Assembly: GCA_965228875.1 (NCBI GenBank)
Contig: OZ245843.1
Coordinates: 1,098,616-1,162,615, forward strand
Length of the DNA stretch: 64,000 nucleotides
Direction of reading: 5' to 3'
From: Thalassobaculaceae bacterium
GTDB lineage: Bacteria; Pseudomonadota; Alphaproteobacteria; Thalassobaculales; Thalassobaculaceae
Below the pieces are notes generated by a model, which was not told the DNA's origin, did no database searches, and saw only the letters and a program-made list of their open reading frames with translations. Shown here in pieces: positions 10,675 through 20,507 of this stretch; position 1 is the stretch's first letter; every line of letters starts with the position of its first letter. Both the position numbers and the translations under genes were made by a program.

Positions 10675-11484
10675 ATGGCCGACAGCGCCAAGGACCCGGA
10701 GAGCGAACTCGAAGGCGGCAAGATGCCGCTGCTCGATCATCTGGTCGAGCTGCGGTCCCGGCTGATCTATGCGGTCGCCGCGTTCATCGTTTGCTTTTTT
10801 CTCGGCTACTATCTGGCGGAACCGATCTTCCAGTTCCTGGTCGATCCTCTGGCCCAACTGACCGAGGGGCAGGAGGGGCGGCGCCTGATCTACACCGCCC
10901 TGCACGAGGCATTCTTCACCTACATCAAGGTCGGCTTCTTCTTCGCCGCCTGCGTGTCGTTCCCGATCGTCTCGATGCAGCTGTGGCTGTTCGTGGCGCC
11001 CGGGCTCTACAAGCACGAGCGCCGGGCGCTGATGCCTTTCCTTCTGGCCACGCCGGTCCTGTTCACCCTCGGCGCGGCGATGGTCTATTACATCGTCATT
11101 CCGCTCGCCTGGCAGTTCTTCCTCGGGTTCGAGACGCCGGGATCGGACGGCGCCCTGCCGATGATGCTGGAGCCGAAGGTCGACCAGTACCTGTCGCTTG
11201 TGATGCGGCTGATCTTCGCCTTCGGCGTGGCCTTCGAGCTTCCAGTGCTTCTGGTGCTGCTTGCCAAGGTCGGCATCGTCTCCGCCGACGGGCTGCGCAC
11301 CAAGCGCAAGTACGCGATCGTCATCGCCTTCGTCGCGGCCGCGATCCTGACGCCGCCGGACGTGATCAGCCAGGTGCTGCTCGCCGTGCCGATCATCATC
11401 CTCTACGAGATTTCGATCTTCGCGGCGCAGTTCATCGAGAAGAAGCGTGAGCAGGCGGCGGCGGAGGAAGAAGGCGGGCCCTGA
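10675..11484 (+). CDS. tatC: Twin-arginine translocase subunit TatC
   Basis: MPLLDHLVELRSRL, FVAPGLY, FELP, AAILTPPD; multiple TM helices. Confidence 0.97.
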   Translation: MADSAKDPESELEGGKMPLLDHLVELRSRLIYAVAAFIVCFFLGYYLAEPIFQFLVDPLAQLTEGQEGRRLIYTALHEAFFTYIKVGFFFAACVSFPIVSMQLWLFVAPGLYKHERRALMPFLLATPVLFTLGAAMVYYIVIPLAWQFFLGFETPGSDGALPMMLEPKVDQYLSLVMRLIFAFGVAFELPVLLVLLAKVGIVSADGLRTKRKYAIVIAFVAAAILTPPDVISQVLLAVPIIILYEISIFAAQFIEKKREQAAAEEEGGP

Positions 11485-11571
11485 CCCTCCGGGGAGGTCC
11501 CCAAGGCTCTCGACCGTTTCGGGTGCCGCCGATATAACCGGCGGACCCGAAACCTGCCTGTAGAGCCGGCC

Positions 11572-12858
11572 ATGCACGACATTCGCAGCATCCGCGACGA
11601 CGCCGCCGCCTTCGACCGAGGACTCGCCCGCCGCGGGGTGGCGCCGGCGTCCGAGGCCATCCTGGCCCGTGATGCGGAATGGCGATCCGTGACCACCGAA
11701 CTGCAGGCCGCACAGCAGCGCCGCAACGAGGCGTCGAAGCAGATCGGCATCGCCAAGCGCAACGGCGAGGACGCGGGCCCGCTGATGGCCGAGGTGGCGG
11801 AGCTTAAGGATCGCATGGCGGCTCTCGAGGAGGACGAGCGCCGCCTCGCGGCCGTGGTTGAGGAGATGCTCGCCACGTTGCCGAACATTCCGGCCGACGA
11901 CGTGCCCGAAGGCGCCGACGAGAGCGCCAACGCTCTGGTTCGCGAGGTCGGCACGCCGCGTACCCACGACTTCCCCGCCAAGGACCATGTGGAGATCGGC
12001 GAGGCGCTGGGCATGATGGATTTCGAGCTGGGCGCCAAGTTGGCCGGATCGCGATTCGTCGTTCTCAAGCGCGACCTGGCCCGACTGGAGCGGGCGATCG
12101 CCGCCTTCATGCTGGATATCCATACCGGCGAGTTCGGGTACACCGAGATCAATCCGCCGCTGATGGTGCGCGATGCCGCGGTGTTCGGCACCGGGCAGCT
12201 GCCGAAGTTCTCCGAGGACCTGTTCCAGACCACCGAAGGGCACTGGCTGATCCCGACGGCGGAGGTGCCGCTGACAAATCTGGTCGCCGACACGATCGTC
12301 GACGAGGAGGAACTGCCCCTCCGGGTGACCGCCTACACGCCGTGCTTCCGGTCAGAGGCGGGGGCGGCGGGGCGGGACACCCGCGGCATGATCCGCCAGC
12401 ACCAGTTCACCAAGGTCGAACTGGTCTCGATCGTCCACCCCGACCGGTCCGACGAGGAACTGGAGCGGATGACGACATGCGCGGAGACGGTGTTGCAGCG
12501 TCTCGACCTCGCCTACAGGGTGATGAAGCTGTCGACCGGCGACATGGGCTTCACCGCCCGCAAGACCTATGATCTGGAGGTCTGGCTCCCGGGTCAGGAG
12601 GACGGAAAGGGCCAGTATCGCGAGATCTCGTCCTGTTCGAACTGCGGCCCGTTCCAGGCGCGCCGGATGAAGGGGCGCTACCGGCCGAAGGGAGAACGCC
12701 GGACGGAATTCGTGCACACGCTGAACGGCTCCGGCCTCGCCATCGGCCGGACCATGATCGCCATCCTGGAGACCTACCAGGAACAGGACGGCTCGGTGGC
12801 GGTGCCAGACGTGCTGAAACCCTATTTCGGCCGTGACCGGATCGAGCCGGCGGCATGA
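11572..12858 (+). CDS. serS: Serine--tRNA ligase
   Basis: [44 protein letters not shown]. Confidence 0.98.
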   Translation: MHDIRSIRDDAAAFDRGLARRGVAPASEAILARDAEWRSVTTELQAAQQRRNEASKQIGIAKRNGEDAGPLMAEVAELKDRMAALEEDERRLAAVVEEMLATLPNIPADDVPEGADESANALVREVGTPRTHDFPAKDHVEIGEALGMMDFELGAKLAGSRFVVLKRDLARLERAIAAFMLDIHTGEFGYTEINPPLMVRDAAVFGTGQLPKFSEDLFQTTEGHWLIPTAEVPLTNLVADTIVDEEELPLRVTAYTPCFRSEAGAAGRDTRGMIRQHQFTKVELVSIVHPDRSDEELERMTTCAETVLQRLDLAYRVMKLSTGDMGFTARKTYDLEVWLPGQEDGKGQYREISSCSNCGPFQARRMKGRYRPKGERRTEFVHTLNGSGLAIGRTMIAILETYQEQDGSVAVPDVLKPYFGRDRIEPAA

Positions 12859-13637
12859 TCAATCGTCCCGTGGAACTCGACGGCGCGCGCATTCTCGTCA
12901 CCAACGACGATGGCTACTCCGCCGCCGGCATCGCCGTACTCACCCGCATCGCCCGGACCTTCACCGACGATGTCTGGGTGGTGGCTCCTGAAACGAACCA
13001 GAGCGGCGCCGGCCACTCGCTGACGCTGCAGCGGCCGCTGCGGCTGCGCGAGGTGGAGGACCGCCGGTTCGCCGTCGACGGCACGCCCACCGACTGCGTG
13101 CTGCTGGCGATCAACGAGGTGCTGACGGACAAGGCGCCGACGCTCGTGCTTTCGGGCATCAACCAGGGTTACAACCTGGGAGAGGACGTGCGCTATTCCG
13201 GGACGATCTCGGCGGCGATGGAGGGGATGATGCTCGGCACGCCGTCGATCGCCCTCAGCCAGTTCGTCCCGGCCGAAGGCACGCCCCCCTGGGAGACGGC
13301 CGAGACCCATGCGCCGAATCTGATCCGCCGGCTCTGTGCCAACGGCTGGCCGACCGATACCGTGCTCAGCGTCAATTTCCCGGCCTGCGGTCCGGGAGAC
13401 GTCACCGGCGTGCGGGCGACGTCCCAGGGCCGGCTGAAGACCGGGGACCGCATCGTTCGCGGCACCGATCCCCGTGGGCGGCCGTATTTCTGGGTCGGTG
13501 CCATGCTCAAGACCCGCGACGGCGAACCCGACAGCGATGTGGCGGCGGTGCGCGACAATGCCATCTCCGTCACGCCGGTGGCGCTCGACGCGACCGACCG
13601 GGCGGCACTGGCCGCCTTGAAGGGGGGGCTTGGGTGA
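12855..13637 (+). CDS. surE: 5'/3'-nucleotidase SurE
   Basis: [31 protein letters not shown]. Confidence 0.96.
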   Translation: MINRPVELDGARILVTNDDGYSAAGIAVLTRIARTFTDDVWVVAPETNQSGAGHSLTLQRPLRLREVEDRRFAVDGTPTDCVLLAINEVLTDKAPTLVLSGINQGYNLGEDVRYSGTISAAMEGMMLGTPSIALSQFVPAEGTPPWETAETHAPNLIRRLCANGWPTDTVLSVNFPACGPGDVTGVRATSQGRLKTGDRIVRGTDPRGRPYFWVGAMLKTRDGEPDSDVAAVRDNAISVTPVALDATDRAALAALKGGLG

Positions 13638-14287
13638 GCCACGACGAGGCCCGCAAGATCCGGCTCATCATGAGTCTGCGCCGAGGGGGAATCACGGATT
13701 CCCGCGTGCTCGGCGCCATGGAACGGATCCCGCGCGAGGCCTTTGTCGATCCCACCTTCCTCGATCAGGCCTGGGAGGACCGGGCCCTGCCGATCGCCCA
13801 GGGCCAAACCATTAGCCAGCCCTTCATCGTTGCGTTCATGACCCAGGCCCTGGAGTTGACCGACCGGACCAAGGCACTCGAGATCGGAACCGGGTCCGGC
13901 TACCAGGCGGCGATCCTGGCCAAGGTCGCCCGACGGGTCTACACGGTCGAGCGGCACAAGGAACTGATGGCGACCGCCGAGGAGCGGTTTGCCCGCCTCG
14001 GCCTGCACAACATTCACACCCGCATCGGCGACGGCTGGAAGGGCTGGCCGGAGCAGGCGCCGTTCGAGGCGATCATCGTCACCGCGGCCGCGCCGAAGGT
14101 GCCGACGGCGCTGCTGGATCAGTTGGGCGATGGCGGGCGGTTGGTGATTCCCATCGGTCGATCCTCCGACGTTCAGAAGCTGGTGCGCTATCGCCGCCGC
14201 GGTGAGGAACTCGTCGAGGAGCCGCTTCTCGACGTACGCTTCGTGCCGCTGGTCCCGGGCCAGGTGTCGGCGGGCGCCGATCGCTGA
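13634..14287 (+). CDS. pcm: Protein-L-isoaspartate O-methyltransferase
   Basis: GQTISQP, LEIGTGSGYQAA, APFEAIIVTAA, RFVPL. Confidence 0.96.
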   Translation: MSHDEARKIRLIMSLRRGGITDSRVLGAMERIPREAFVDPTFLDQAWEDRALPIAQGQTISQPFIVAFMTQALELTDRTKALEIGTGSGYQAAILAKVARRVYTVERHKELMATAEERFARLGLHNIHTRIGDGWKGWPEQAPFEAIIVTAAAPKVPTALLDQLGDGGRLVIPIGRSSDVQKLVRYRRRGEELVEEPLLDVRFVPLVPGQVSAGADR

Positions 14288-14383
14288 CGCGGGCGGCCGA
14301 CGGGGGCTGCGTTTCGATTGTCCCTTTACCTTGCGTGATCGATCGTCGATTGATCGTCCGATCTTTTGCCGAAAGGGGTAGCG

Positions 14384-15163
14384 ATGTTCAAGCTGGTGCC
14401 GGATGCCCTGCCCGAGGCGACGATCGCATGGGCCAAACCCTTCCTTGACGAGTTGGTCGGGCGGTGCGGTGGCAAGTCATCGCTGACGACCAACGATGCT
14501 TCTGCCGAGGCGCGTGCCAAGTTTCTTGAGATCGCCGATGGGTGCCTGTTCGGCCCCGTGCGTGACCTTTTCGTCGAGCGCCACGGTGTGGAGCCGGCCA
14601 TCTGCCTGTCTCTCACCACCCTGCGTCAGCAACTGCCCGGATCCGCCGACCGGCTGGTGAACTGGCACCTGGATCTGAACTTCATCAATGACGACAAGCC
14701 TTTCTTGGTCGCCTGGACGCCGATGGAGGAGGTCGGCGAGACCCGCGTCGCGATCGAGGTCTGCGTGCCGACCGGCAGCGGTTACGATCTCAAACCGCTG
14801 GTCGCCGACTGGTACCGGCGCAAGCTGGACAAACGGACGCTCACCTTTTCCGATTCGGAGCTCGACGAGCTGATCGGCGCGGGAAACTGGGCTGCGCGGG
14901 CCGTGAAGGCCAGACCGGGTATGGCCGCGGTCTTCGACCAATATGTCCTGCACCGCTCGCAACTGCTGGAGGGGGCGACGGACAGCCGGATGTCCATTGA
15001 ATTCCGGTTGGTCGATCTGGACAATCTCCCGATGTCGCTCAAACACCAGAACTCGATCTTTCTCAGGCGCAACCCGGAAGGGGGAACGACGCTGTTCTCC
15101 GCGCGCCGGGGGAAGGCTGAAACATTGAAGAAATCGCAGTTTGGGACCATAAAGTTCAAGTGA
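14384..15163 (+). CDS. Hypothetical Fe(II)/2OG dioxygenase-like protein (PhyH-like), paralogue A
   Basis: WHLD (HxD), PGMAAVFDQYVLHRS (distal His), RMSIEFR (RxS); AGGGG RBS before ATG 14384. Confidence 0.65.
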   Translation: MFKLVPDALPEATIAWAKPFLDELVGRCGGKSSLTTNDASAEARAKFLEIADGCLFGPVRDLFVERHGVEPAICLSLTTLRQQLPGSADRLVNWHLDLNFINDDKPFLVAWTPMEEVGETRVAIEVCVPTGSGYDLKPLVADWYRRKLDKRTLTFSDSELDELIGAGNWAARAVKARPGMAAVFDQYVLHRSQLLEGATDSRMSIEFRLVDLDNLPMSLKHQNSIFLRRNPEGGTTLFSARRGKAETLKKSQFGTIKFK

Positions 15164-15199
15164 AGGTGTATCCCGTTCTCCGCAGCTCCGGCAGGAACC

Positions 15200-16315
15200 G
15201 TGAAACCGGTCGCACTCATCGTCCTTGTCGCCCTGATCGTGGCGGGCTGCGCCATCAGCTCGCCGCCGCGCTCGGTCAATGCGCCGCGTGATGGCTCCGT
15301 CGTGCCGGCGAGCGGCGTCGTCACCGTGCGGCCCGGCGACAACGTCTACCTGATCGCCCAGCGCTACGGCGTTACCTCCCGTGCCGTCATCGAGGCCAAC
15401 GGCCTGCGTCCGCCGTACCTGCTGCGGCCTGGCGACCGGCTGCGCCTGCCGCGCAGTGCGGTCCATGTCGTACGGTCCGGCGACACGGTGTCCGAGATCG
15501 CAGAGCGGTACGGCGTCTCCATGCGCTCGCTGGTGGTGCTCAACGATCTGCGCCCACCCTACCTGATTCGTGTCGGCGACCGCCTGCGTCTGCCGGGCGG
15601 TTCACCTGCGCCGGCCGGTGTGACGGTGGCTGCGCGAACGCCGAAGCCGGTACCGCCGCCGGCGGCACCCGCCTCGCCGCCACCGGCACGTTCCGGCTCG
15701 CAGCCCTGGAGTGGCGGCGGTCAGCTGCACTTTCCGGTCAAGCGGGGGGGCGACCGGGCGACCCGGGCGCCGGTGCCGGTACCGCGGCCCAGCGCGATCG
15801 CCCGCCAACGACCGGTACCGGAGTCCGAGACACGGGTCGCGGGCAGCGGGAAACCGTCGTCCGCATCCGCCCCGGCCCGGACCGTCTCCCTCACGCCACC
15901 GGCGAAGACCGGGCGAGGCTTCTCCTGGCCTGTCGAAGGGCGGGTGATTTCCGGGTTCGGGCCGCGCGCCGGGGGCCTGCACAACGACGGTATCAACATC
16001 CAGGCCCCCGCCGGGGCCGAGGTCCGGGCCGCCGAGAACGGCATCGTCGTCTATGCCGGCAACGAACTGCGCGGATTCGGCAACCTGCTGCTGGTCAAGC
16101 ACGACGGCGGCTACACCACCGCCTACGCCCATGCCGACCGCCTGCTGGTCGACCGGGGCGACAAGGTCCGACGCGGTCAGGTCATCGCCACCGTCGGGCA
16201 GACCGGAAACGTCTCGCGCCCGCAGCTGCATTTCGAGATCCGCAAGGGACCGCGACCGGTGGACCCGCGCAAGGAGCTGCCGCCGGCGCAGGTGTCCTCG
16301 ATCCCCTCAGACTGA
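15200..16315 (+). CDS. nlpD: LysM / M23 peptidase lipoprotein (NlpD/DipM-like)
   Basis: Lipobox VAGC, two LysM repeats, Pro-rich linker, M23 domain (HNDGIN, YAH, PQLHFEIR); usual position after pcm. Confidence 0.9.
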   Translation: MKPVALIVLVALIVAGCAISSPPRSVNAPRDGSVVPASGVVTVRPGDNVYLIAQRYGVTSRAVIEANGLRPPYLLRPGDRLRLPRSAVHVVRSGDTVSEIAERYGVSMRSLVVLNDLRPPYLIRVGDRLRLPGGSPAPAGVTVAARTPKPVPPPAAPASPPPARSGSQPWSGGGQLHFPVKRGGDRATRAPVPVPRPSAIARQRPVPESETRVAGSGKPSSASAPARTVSLTPPAKTGRGFSWPVEGRVISGFGPRAGGLHNDGINIQAPAGAEVRAAENGIVVYAGNELRGFGNLLLVKHDGGYTTAYAHADRLLVDRGDKVRRGQVIATVGQTGNVSRPQLHFEIRKGPRPVDPRKELPPAQVSSIPSD

Positions 16316-16335
16316 CCGGCTCGGGAGAGACGTGC

Positions 16336-17127
16336 ATGCCGATCTTCAAAGTCGTACAGGACGCGCTGTCGCCTGCCGCCGTCGAACTTGCCAACAGGGT
16401 GGTGGTGGACGTGGCGGAGCGGGCCGGCGGCAAGTTCTCCTTCGACAGCAACGACGCCGGCCCGGACGACCGGGATTCCCTGCTCGCCCTGGCCGAGGCA
16501 TTTCTCGACGGTCCGGTCCCGGAGATCTTTCGCTCCCTCCACGGGGTTGAGCCGGGACTCTGCCTGTCGATCACCTCGGTTCGTCGCCAGAAACCGGCCG
16601 ATGCCGGACAGATGGTGGACTGGCACCTGGATCTGAATTTCGTCGGCGACATTCGCCCGTTTCTGGTTGCCTGGACCGCGATCGAGGCGGTCGGGGTCGA
16701 GCGCTCGGCCCTGGACGTCTGCGTTCCCAACGGACAGCCGCTGCACCTTGAAGCCGTGCTCCGCGAGCTTGCGGTGCGGACGGAGAAGGAGGCGCCCATG
16801 GTGTTCACCTCCGGGGAACTGGACGACCTGCTGGGCGAGGATGCGTGGATGAGCAAATCGGTCGTCGCTCCGGCCGGTGCCGCCGCCGTGTTCGACCAGA
16901 TGATCCTTCACCGCTCCCAGGTGCTGCCGACGGCGACCAAGGTCCGCCATTCCATCGAGTTCCGGATGATGGACCTGGACAACCTGCCGGCGCACCAGCG
17001 CACCCAGCCGGCCCTGTATGCCCGCCGCGCCCCGAGCGGGGACCTCGAGCTGTTCGTCATACGCCCCGGCGAACGCCGGCAGCTCTCCCGTGACGACTAC
17101 AGGAACCTGAGGATCCTCAAGCGATGA
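16336..17127 (+). CDS. Hypothetical Fe(II)/2OG dioxygenase-like protein (PhyH-like), paralogue B
   Basis: WHLD, AAAVFDQMILHRS, RHSIEFR; colinear with 14384-15163; GGAG RBS. Confidence 0.65.
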   Translation: MPIFKVVQDALSPAAVELANRVVVDVAERAGGKFSFDSNDAGPDDRDSLLALAEAFLDGPVPEIFRSLHGVEPGLCLSITSVRRQKPADAGQMVDWHLDLNFVGDIRPFLVAWTAIEAVGVERSALDVCVPNGQPLHLEAVLRELAVRTEKEAPMVFTSGELDDLLGEDAWMSKSVVAPAGAAAVFDQMILHRSQVLPTATKVRHSIEFRMMDLDNLPAHQRTQPALYARRAPSGDLELFVIRPGERRQLSRDDYRNLRILKR

Positions 17128-18539
17128 CCCCCGAAGAGTTCCGCCGCCACGCCCACGCCATGGTCGACTGGATGGCCGACTTCCTCGACGGGGTGGAGGC
17201 CTATCCGGTGCGCGCGCAGACGCGGCCAGGCGAGATCGCGGCGAGACTGCCCCTCGTGCCGCCCGAGAGCGGTGAGCCGATGGAGCGGATATTCGAGGAC
17301 TTCCGGCGCGACGTGCTGCCCGGCGTCACCCACTGGCAGCACCCGCGCTTCTTCGCCTATTTCCCGGCGAATTCGAGTCCGCCATCCGTCCTGGCGGAGA
17401 TGCTGACTGCCGCCCTGGGCGCCCAGTGCATGCTCTGGCAGACCAGCCCGGCGGCCACCGAGATGGAGACCCGGGTTCTCGACTGGCTGCGCCAGATGGT
17501 CGGCATGCCGGACGGGTTCACCGGTGTGATTCAGGACAGCGCCTCCAGCGCCATCCTCGCCGCCATCCTGACCGCGCGCGAGAAGGCGACCGGCTGGGGG
17601 GTGAACGCCGAGGGGCTGCGTGCGCACCCGCCGCTGGCGGTCTACACCTCCGAGCAGACCCACTCGGCGACCGAGAAGAACGTGAAGATCGCCGGTCTCG
17701 GCCTCGCCGGGTTCCGCAAGATCCCGGTCGACGAGGCGTTCCGTCTGCGGGTCGACGCGCTGAGGGAGGCGATCGAGGCGGACCTTGCGGCCAGCATTCG
17801 GCCCGCATGCGTAGTGGCGTCCGTCGGCGGCACCGGGGTGGGGGCGGTCGATCCTCTGCGCCAGATCGGCGAGCTCTGTCAGGCCCACGGCATCTTCCTT
17901 CACGTGGACGCCGCCTGGGCCGGCAGCGCGCTGATCTGCCCGGAGCATCGCTGGATGTTCGACGGGATCGAGCTCGCCGACAGCGTGGTGTTCAACCCGC
18001 ACAAGTGGCTGCTCACGAACTTCGACTGCTCGGCCCATTACGTGAAGGACCCGGATGCCCTGATCCGGACCTTCTCGATCCTGCCGGAGTTCCTGAAGAG
18101 CCGCGAGGCGGACGCGGTGATCGACTACCGCGACTGGGGCGTGCCGCTGGGCCGTCGGTTCCGGGCGCTGAAGCTCTGGTTCGTGATCCGGAGCTACGGT
18201 GTGGAGGGGCTGCGCGCCATCATCCGCGAGCACGTCCGGCTCGGCGGCGAATTCGCCAAATGGGTCGAGGCCGATCCGGAATTCGAAATCATGGCACCGC
18301 CGGTCCTGTCGCTCGTCAACTTCCGATACCATCCCAAAGGTGTCGACGACGCGGCCGAACTCGACCGCCTGAACGAGGCGCTGCTGCACCGGATCAACGA
18401 TGACGGCCGGATCTATCTGACCCAGAACCGGGTGGGTGGCCGTTACGCGATACGCATGTCGATCGGCCAGACGACCACCGCGCAGCGCCACGTGGAAGAG
18501 GGCTGGGCGGTGATTCGCGAACTGGCCGCCGCCGGATAG
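17124..18539 (+). CDS. Group II PLP-dependent aromatic amino-acid decarboxylase family protein (possible aldehyde synthase)
   Basis: PGVTHWQHPRFFAYFP, SPAATEME, LHVDAAWAG, FNPHKW (PLP lysine), DYRDWGVPLGRRFRALKLWF. Confidence 0.9.
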   Translation: MTPEEFRRHAHAMVDWMADFLDGVEAYPVRAQTRPGEIAARLPLVPPESGEPMERIFEDFRRDVLPGVTHWQHPRFFAYFPANSSPPSVLAEMLTAALGAQCMLWQTSPAATEMETRVLDWLRQMVGMPDGFTGVIQDSASSAILAAILTAREKATGWGVNAEGLRAHPPLAVYTSEQTHSATEKNVKIAGLGLAGFRKIPVDEAFRLRVDALREAIEADLAASIRPACVVASVGGTGVGAVDPLRQIGELCQAHGIFLHVDAAWAGSALICPEHRWMFDGIELADSVVFNPHKWLLTNFDCSAHYVKDPDALIRTFSILPEFLKSREADAVIDYRDWGVPLGRRFRALKLWFVIRSYGVEGLRAIIREHVRLGGEFAKWVEADPEFEIMAPPVLSLVNFRYHPKGVDDAAELDRLNEALLHRINDDGRIYLTQNRVGGRYAIRMSIGQTTTAQRHVEEGWAVIRELAAAG

Positions 18540-18542
18540 GGC

Positions 18543-19331
18543 TCAGAACTCCCGCGACCAGTGCACCATCGGCGGCGGCGGCAGGTCCGGGCCGTACAGC
18601 CGCCACTGGGCGTCGATCACCGGCGCCGTCACGCCGCCGTAGCCGGCCAGGGCGCGCGCGATCGTCGCCCTGTCGAACGCGGTTTGGGCGATGTTCAGGA
18701 CGTTCGACGTCTTCGTCCACTCGAAGGCGAAGTGCCCGAGCGCGGTCACGCGGCCGGCCGGGATGGTGATGATCCAGGAGCGGTTCTCGATGCCGCCGGG
18801 GCCGTTGCGGACGACGAACCGCTCGCCCTGCGTCACCGTCACCGCACGCTGCGGCGGCTCGTGATACGAGCCGTGGTGCCAGTAGGGCCCGTGTATGCCG
18901 CCGTAGAAGCCCGGATACCAGCCCGGGCCGAAGCGATAACCGGAGCGGAAGGCACTGCCGCGATGGGTGACGATCGAGGCTTCGCTGACGATGTAGCGTC
19001 CGGGTGTGACCAGGATTGCCGTCGCACGGTCGTCGTTCGATACGGTGAACTCGACGGGGCCGTCGCCCACCCCGCGTTGGACCAGCCGGTCGCGACCGTC
19101 GACCAGCCGGGTGAAGCGCAGCGTGCCGTCGCGCTGACCGGGGCTGATGCCGACCAGAACCAGAGCACGCCCGTCGCCCGGACCGAAGGTCAGGGACTGC
19201 GGCGCCGCCGGCTGGTAGCCGGTACACGCGGCGAGAAGCGCCAGGAGCGCGAGCAGCGACACGACGCCGCGACATCCGGATCGCCCGACTGGCCGATCCC
19301 CGGTTCGATCCGCTGTTGGGAATGCGCGCAT
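18543..19331 (-). CDS. Hypothetical lipoprotein
   Basis: Hydrophobic stretch plus LAAC lipobox; Gly/Tyr/His/Trp-rich internal segment; true start may be downstream of 19331. Confidence 0.55.
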   Translation of the reverse strand: MRAFPTADRTGDRPVGRSGCRGVVSLLALLALLAACTGYQPAAPQSLTFGPGDGRALVLVGISPGQRDGTLRFTRLVDGRDRLVQRGVGDGPVEFTVSNDDRATAILVTPGRYIVSEASIVTHRGSAFRSGYRFGPGWYPGFYGGIHGPYWHHGSYHEPPQRAVTVTQGERFVVRNGPGGIENRSWIITIPAGRVTALGHFAFEWTKTSNVLNIAQTAFDRATIARALAGYGGVTAPVIDAQWRLYGPDLPPPPMVHWSREF

Positions 19332-19410
19332 GCTCGACCCTCCCTCGACCGTGCCCCTGCAACTGCCAACGCTGCGGCGGGGCCGATCCGTCGTCCGGAA
19401 GATGTGGGGA

Positions 19411-20127
19411 CTAAAACACCCACGCCCAGAGCAGGGGCAGCAGGATCGCCGTGGCCAGGGCGTTCAGGCCCATGGCAAGGCCGGCGAAGGCGCCGGCGAC
19501 CTCGTTGACCTGCATGGCCCGAGCGGTGCCGATGCCGTGGCCGGAGACGCCGATGGCGAGCCCCCGTGCCCGCCAGTCGCGGACCCGCAGGAGGTTCAGG
19601 AGCAGCGGGCCGAGGGTGGCGCCGAGCACGCCGGTCAGGATCACCAGCACCGCCGTCAGCGACGGCAGGCCGCCCAGCTTCTCGGAGATGCCCATGGCGA
19701 TCGGCGTGGTCACCGACTTCGGCGCGATCGAGGCGACGACCTCCGGGGCGGCCCCCAGCGCCCAGGCGATGGCCGCCGCACTTGCCGACGCCGACAGGGA
19801 TCCGAGGATCAGGGCGCTCAGGAGCGAGACCGCCGACCTCCGCACCCGCTCGATCTGGTTGTACAGCGGCACCGCCAGAGCCACGGTCGCCGGGCCAAGC
19901 AGAAAATGGACGAACTGCGCCCCCTCGAAGTAGGTCGCGTAGTCGGTGTCCGTCAGCACCAGCACCGCGACCAGCAGCACAACCGCGATCAGGACCGGGT
20001 TCAGAAGCGGGTGGAGGTTGAAGCGCCGGTAGAGCCGGGCGCCGATCAGGTAGGCGACCAGCGTCAGGGTCAGGTGGAGCAGGGGGCTGGAGGAGAGATA
20101 GACCCAGATGTCGCCGAGATCGGTCAT
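19411..20127 (-). CDS. lrgB: LrgB/CidB family membrane protein
   Basis: LLGPATVALAVPLY, PKSVTTPIAM, GHGIGTARA. Confidence 0.92.
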   Translation of the reverse strand: MTDLGDIWVYLSSSPLLHLTLTLVAYLIGARLYRRFNLHPLLNPVLIAVVLLVAVLVLTDTDYATYFEGAQFVHFLLGPATVALAVPLYNQIERVRRSAVSLLSALILGSLSASASAAAIAWALGAAPEVVASIAPKSVTTPIAMGISEKLGGLPSLTAVLVILTGVLGATLGPLLLNLLRVRDWRARGLAIGVSGHGIGTARAMQVNEVAGAFAGLAMGLNALATAILLPLLWAWVF

Positions 20128-20486
20128 CGCCGCTCCGCTCCCGACCGACCCGAGAGGCGCTCGAACCCGACCATCGCCAGCGCTGTCACCGCCACGGCGA
20201 CCAGCGTGCTGACCACCAGCGACACGCCGATCGGCAGCAGCGCCTCACGGATCAGGGCGACATGCAGCAGCACGCCGGTGCCGGCGGGCACGAACAGCAG
20301 CGAGAGATGGGAGAGCAGGCCGCTTGCCGTCTGCTGCAGCGGCGCCGGAACGCCCCGGCGCAGGCACAGTCCGACGAACAGGAGCACCATGCCGACCACC
20401 GGGCCCGGAACCGGAATGGCGAAATAGGCGACGGCGACCTCGCCGACCAGCTGACAGGCGAGCAGGAGGGTCAGGCTCTCGAGCAT
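20124..20486 (-). CDS. CidA/LrgA family membrane protein
   Basis: QLVGE...PVPGPVVGMVLL, LSLLFVPAGTG; ATGA-coupled to LrgB. Confidence 0.9.
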   Translation of the reverse strand: MLESLTLLLACQLVGEVAVAYFAIPVPGPVVGMVLLFVGLCLRRGVPAPLQQTASGLLSHLSLLFVPAGTGVLLHVALIREALLPIGVSLVVSTLVAVAVTALAMVGFERLSGRSGAERR

Positions 20487-20507
20487 TTGCCCTCCTCACG
20501 CTTCCGG

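Noticed and set aside
19411..20486. Prophage holin/antiholin lysis cassette
   Set aside because: CidA/LrgB pairs are ordinary chromosomal genes, and there are no phage genes nearby.
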